DNA of 64,000 nucleotides from Spirulina sp. (GTDB lineage Bacteria; Cyanobacteriota; Cyanobacteriia; Phormidesmidales; Phormidesmidaceae): NCBI GenBank assembly GCA_044070495.1, contig JBIPSI010000007.1, positions 1 to 64,000 of the forward strand, read 5' to 3'. Shown piece by piece: positions 59,081 to 64,000 of this stretch (position 1 is its first letter; each line of letters starts with the position of its first letter). The notes under the pieces were generated by a model. It saw only the letters and a program-made list of their open reading frames with translations, ran no database searches and was not told where the DNA came from. The position numbers and the translations under genes were made by a program.

Positions 59081-59869
59081 CTAATTTGCTGTAGCTGTAT
59101 TGCAAACAGCTCTTGCAAATCCAGGATCGCGATTATTCCATACAGGTTCCTGTACAGGCTGCATTTCCCCGATTCCATCGCCCAACATTAGTTCTGCACT
59201 TCGATAATTTTGACAGTCATAAATAACTAAAGCCTCATATTCGGTAGAGACAGTAACAACTTTCAGATAAGACTGTTCCCATTGAATAGAGTTGGCATCA
59301 ATAGCCGCCTCAAAGCCTTCAACTCCTACATATCTAGGCTCTGAGTCTGGCTCTGCGATTTGTGTTGCCTCCACGAATGCTATAGGAATATCAGGTTGAA
59401 ATCCTCTGAATTCTGGAGCGCTAGGTTTGATAAAGTCGAATATAACCAAAAGAATTGCTGGCAGACCAACAATGATCCCAGCAATAGCAACGATGGCTTC
59501 CGTTGATCTTAAAAGCTCTCGCCAACCTCCTATTTGCTTTTCATGCTGAGCCGGAGGGGTATTGTATCTCAATGTAGGTTGAGGTGGCGGTGGTGGTGGC
59601 GTATATGGGGAGTTCTGGTTGCTATGCGTTCTGTGACCTTGAGCTTCGTCTAGCCAATGCCAAATCTCATAAATAGCTCCTCGACCAGTGGGGCCTTCAG
59701 CCCAATTAAGCAACTGCGTTACCCGATCCATTTGAGGCGTTGCGTCGCCAGCAATCAGACCATCGGGGGGGGCGAGGTGAATCAAGAGCGCATTAAACTG
59801 TGGACTAGGTAAACGACAAAGAAGTTGGTATAACTGAGTGCGGCTTCTAAAAGGATAACTAGAACTCAT
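59081..59869 (-). CDS. Single-pass membrane protein: small helical N-terminal domain, Pro linker, TM, variable C-terminal domain
   Basis: ATG at 59869; LYQLLCRLP...LLNWAEGPTG helical domain; PPPPPP; IVAIAGIIVGLPAILLVIF. Confidence 0.75.
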   Translation of the reverse strand: MSSSYPFRSRTQLYQLLCRLPSPQFNALLIHLAPPDGLIAGDATPQMDRVTQLLNWAEGPTGRGAIYEIWHWLDEAQGHRTHSNQNSPYTPPPPPPQPTLRYNTPPAQHEKQIGGWRELLRSTEAIVAIAGIIVGLPAILLVIFDFIKPSAPEFRGFQPDIPIAFVEATQIAEPDSEPRYVGVEGFEAAIDANSIQWEQSYLKVVTVSTEYEALVIYDCQNYRSAELMLGDGIGEMQPVQEPVWNNRDPGFARAVCNTATAN

Positions 59870-60084
59870 ATCAGACGCAGTGGGGGATAGGGGCTGACCT
59901 ACTGCTATAGTAGCCGTAGCATCCTGGGAATTGCCATACCCCAAACGCCAGTTGTGAGAATTTTGCTAGAGTTGGCTAAAAAACGGTTCCTGGGCAAAAG
60001 GATAGTCTTGCCCAAATCTGGACTTGGGAGCGACAGGAATGGCATTTTCAGCTAGAGCAGAGGTAGGATAAAAATATCAAGTTA

Positions 60085-60396
60085 CTAAGCCGTGGCCATG
60101 AGCTTTTTCATCCATTCCTCGCGCCCATAGATGCCCGCTAGTAAATCAGAGACTTTGAAGGCTTGGCCCAACTCATCCCATAGGATGTATTGGCCGCCGC
60201 CATACACCTCCACCTTTGCCAGTTGTTCATCCGTCACCTCGTCCAGTGGCAACCAAGCTTCGGTATCACTTTGCACCATTTCCAATAGCCGAACAGGCCA
60301 AGCATGGCGGGAACCATCCCGCAGCGTTACTATCACTTCGCGGGTGATGGCATCGTAAATCACACTTTTTGCCAGCTTAAATTCTTCGCTAGACAT
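60085..60396 (-). CDS. DUF2442-domain protein (antitoxin-like)
   Basis: VTLRDG.RHAWP...T.EQL..VEV.GGG..ILW.EL...F.V.DLL.G.YG..EWM. Confidence 0.8.
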   Translation of the reverse strand: MSSEEFKLAKSVIYDAITREVIVTLRDGSRHAWPVRLLEMVQSDTEAWLPLDEVTDEQLAKVEVYGGGQYILWDELGQAFKVSDLLAGIYGREEWMKKLMATA

Positions 60397-60479
60397 AATA
60401 TTTCCGGGCTTCGGTTTTGACTCCAATTCAGAGTGCAGGACGGGGAAGCTACACTGAACATAACGGATCCTCGTAGCTT

Positions 60480-60752
60480 GTGATGGTCATGGCGCTATAT
60501 CTGCCCCCAGAGCTAAGACAATTTGCCGACCGCCAGATCGCCAGCGGCAAATATGCCTCCCTAGACGACATTCTCCTGGCCGGACTCCAAGCTCTAGCTG
60601 AGCGGGAACAGGTTTATCAAGGACGTTTTGAAGAGCTGCGCCAAGACGTTTTAGTCGGTGCTACTGAGGACGAAAGAGGTCATCTGTTGGATGCGGCAAC
60701 TGAAATTGAGGCTATTCGGCAACGTCTGCGAGAACGCCACACCGAACCATAA
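60480..60752 (+). CDS. ParD-like ribbon-helix-helix antitoxin
   Basis: LPPELRQFADRQIASGKYASLDDILLAGL...FEELRQDV.VG. Confidence 0.8.
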   Translation: MMVMALYLPPELRQFADRQIASGKYASLDDILLAGLQALAEREQVYQGRFEELRQDVLVGATEDERGHLLDAATEIEAIRQRLRERHTEP

Positions 60753-60832
60753 CCCGTCCCTGCCGAATTACCCCTCGTGCCAGCCAGGATATTGAGGCGA
60801 TTTTCCGTCATCCCCCTACAAAAACAGTTTGA
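60749..60832 (+). pseudogene. ParE-like toxin remnant (start lost, truncated)
   Basis: ATA ACC CGT CCC TGC CGA ATT ACC CCT CGT GCC AGC CAG GAT ATT GAG GCG ATT reads ITRPCRITPRASQDIEAI; it overlaps the ParD stop as ATAA rather than ATGA, then stops early. Confidence 0.6.
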
Positions 60833-60841
60833 GATTAACTA

Positions 60842-61843
60842 TTACTCGCACATTATTGACACATCTAATGACATCACCGAAGGCGTTTGGTTTTGAAGTT
60901 CAACCTTATATACAAGGTATTGTGGCTGACCTTGCCTGACCTTATTCAAGACTCCTTGAATGGACTGACCTTCAGGTAAAAAACGGCTAGGATATAGCTC
61001 AACGGGATATCCATCTGGATCATATAAAACTATTGAGGTAGAGCCTTGAATCGATGTAAAAATAATTTTCTGTCCTTCAAGACATCTAATTCTAATCCAA
61101 CCTCTCCCAGGGACTCCCTCATGAGACTGAGGAGAGATATTCCCAGTTAGTCTTTCTCCGTATCTTTTTCCGTCGCTGTTGTCAAGAAAAGTTACATAGT
61201 GAGGGTTGGTTTCGGTTGTCGCACTGTAATCTACACCTACAGCATCCAGGGACTTTGCTTTACTGACAGTGACCTCATCAATAGCTGCCTCAGAGCCTTC
61301 AACTCTTACATAGCTCGGCTCTGAGGCTGGCTCCGCGATTTGTTCCGCGATTTGTGTTGCCTCCTGCAATGCTATAGGAATATGAGGTTGAAACCCTCCT
61401 AATTCTGGAGGGCTAGGTTTGATAAAGTCGAATATGATCAAAAGAATTGCTGGCAGACCAACAATGATCCCAGCAATAGCAACGATGGCTTCCGTTGACC
61501 TTAAAAGCTCTCGCCAACCTCCTCTTTGCTCTTTAGGCTGAGCCGGAGGGGCATCATTTCTCGAGAGAGGCCGGAGTGGTGGCGGTAGCGGAGGTGGAGA
61601 ATTATCCAGATGTGAGCACCACTGCTGACTTAAACGACTGTACTCATCTACTACTACATTTAATCCAGGCCCTGCTGAACTCTTAGCCCATCCAAGTAGT
61701 CTAGTAACCTTGTCGCCGTTGCTTGCCGACAAACCAGCTCGGTTCATGGTTGGCATATTGAGGGCATCAATTAACAAGTCAAGATTCTCAGAAGGTAGCT
61801 CGCACAGGGTTCGATATAGCGAACGATACAACTCGGAATTCAT
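60842..61843 (-). CDS. Paralog of 59081-59869 with a different C-terminal domain
   Basis: ATG at 61843; LYRTLCELP...LLGWAKSSAGPG; near-identical TM core. Confidence 0.75.
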   Translation of the reverse strand: MNSELYRSLYRTLCELPSENLDLLIDALNMPTMNRAGLSASNGDKVTRLLGWAKSSAGPGLNVVVDEYSRLSQQWCSHLDNSPPPLPPPLRPLSRNDAPPAQPKEQRGGWRELLRSTEAIVAIAGIIVGLPAILLIIFDFIKPSPPELGGFQPHIPIALQEATQIAEQIAEPASEPSYVRVEGSEAAIDEVTVSKAKSLDAVGVDYSATTETNPHYVTFLDNSDGKRYGERLTGNISPQSHEGVPGRGWIRIRCLEGQKIIFTSIQGSTSIVLYDPDGYPVELYPSRFLPEGQSIQGVLNKVRQGQPQYLVYKVELQNQTPSVMSLDVSIMCE

Positions 61844-62051
61844 ATCAGACGCAGCAATGGGGGCTAAGGACTGGCTTACCGCTATAGTAGCGGTAGCATC
61901 CTGGAAATTGCTATATCTCCACGCCAATTGTGCCAGTTGTAAGGATTTTACTAGAGGTGGCTAAAAACCCCGGTTTCTGGGCCAGAATGCCAGTTTTTGG
62001 GGCAAGGTGGCAGGGTAAAACCAGGGTTTTGAAATGACGCTTTTGTGGTGG

Positions 62052-63464
<1,413 letters not shown>

Positions 63465-63547
63465 GATGATGGGTTGTTAGGGGATGGGGGTATTTGTGAT
63501 TTGTGATTGGTTATTTGTTGTTGGTTATTGGTTGTTCGGGGGATAGG

Positions 63548-63760
63548 TTACGGGTTAGATGCCTGAAATTCTTCAACTTTGGCGTATAAGCTGGCCACGG
63601 ATTCCTGATCAAAAAGTTCATTCTTGAGTTTCAAATAGTCTCCCTTCCCAAGATTGCACGCGGCCCAAAACCGAGCGACAGCAGATGGTTCCATGCTAGA
63701 CAGCAAAACCTGAAATCCTTCCTGTAGAACTTGTTGCTCACTCTTAACTTGGATCATCAC
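63548..63760 (-). CDS. Small hypothetical protein (antitoxin-like) between pntA and pntB
   Basis: 70-aa ORF (QEGFQVLLSSMEPSAVARFWAACNLGKGDYL) flanked on both sides by TTGGTTA-type heptamer repeats. Confidence 0.6.
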   Translation of the reverse strand: MMIQVKSEQQVLQEGFQVLLSSMEPSAVARFWAACNLGKGDYLKLKNELFDQESVASLYAKVEEFQASNP

Positions 63761-63798
63761 TACTCACCAATCACCAACAACCAATAACCAACACCCAT

Positions 63799-64000
63799 CT
63801 ACTTATGAAACATATTCAGCATTCGCTGGGAGACCATGAAGCCGCCTGCGATGTTGACGGTGCCGAGGAAGAGGGCGATGGCTCCCAGGATCGTCATCGG
63901 GGAGGTGATGTCGTTGGAGATTTGCAACATGCCGCCGATGATGATGATGCCGCTGATGGCGTTGGTGACGCTCATCAGGGGCGTGTGCAGGGCGGGGGTG
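63799..64000 (-). CDS. pntA: NAD(P) transhydrogenase subunit alpha, C-terminal membrane part (partial)
   Basis: Minus strand reads TPALHTPLMSVTNAISGIIIIGG...NIAGGFMVSQRMLNMFHK-stop. Confidence 0.95.
   Translation of the reverse strand, partial: TPALHTPLMSVTNAISGIIIIGGMLQISNDITSPMTILGAIALFLGTVNIAGGFMVSQRMLNMFHK

Noticed and set aside
59296..61551. Diversity-generating retroelement template/variable repeat pair
   Set aside because: No reverse transcriptase nearby, both copies lie in the middle of coding genes, and the differences are not confined to adenines.

Overview
This 64-kb window is cyanobacterial chromosomal DNA, probably from a filamentous Leptolyngbya/Nodosilinea-like strain (inferred from gene content and repeat types). 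1-31.7 kb is mostly housekeeping: 3' end of psbA, murJ, glgP-phosphatase-ackA, purF, map, a nitrilase-family amidase, a Na+/H+ antiporter, murI, rpsU, Tab2-family protein, cysS and dacB. It also holds a sulfide/low-oxygen cluster (Tll0287-like heme protein, sqr, DUF302, petC2-type Rieske, ACR3-like transporter) and a CHRD + ECF sigma/anti-sigma unit. 32.3-39.5 kb is an uncharacterised five-gene cluster: a nucleotide-translocase-like membrane protein, two paralogous Cache-HAMP receptors with no output domain, an ATP-grasp ligase and a lysine 2,3-aminomutase. 40.4-58.9 kb is a contractile injection system (CIS/eCIS) tail locus: sheath, four tube paralogs, tube initiator, two Pvc16 proteins, two chaperone-like genes, a 2391-aa repetitive protein and a two-component system. 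It has no spike or baseplate genes in the window, and two copies of a 130-bp MITE bracket its structural operon. One chaperone ends on a GGGGGAA slippery site that leads into an unannotated -1-frame ORF, which looks like a phage gpG/gpGT-type programmed frameshift. 58.9-64 kb has two mosaic paralogous membrane proteins, several antitoxin-like genes without intact toxins, pntB and the 3' end of pntA. All family assignments come from motif recognition by eye; no database searches were run.
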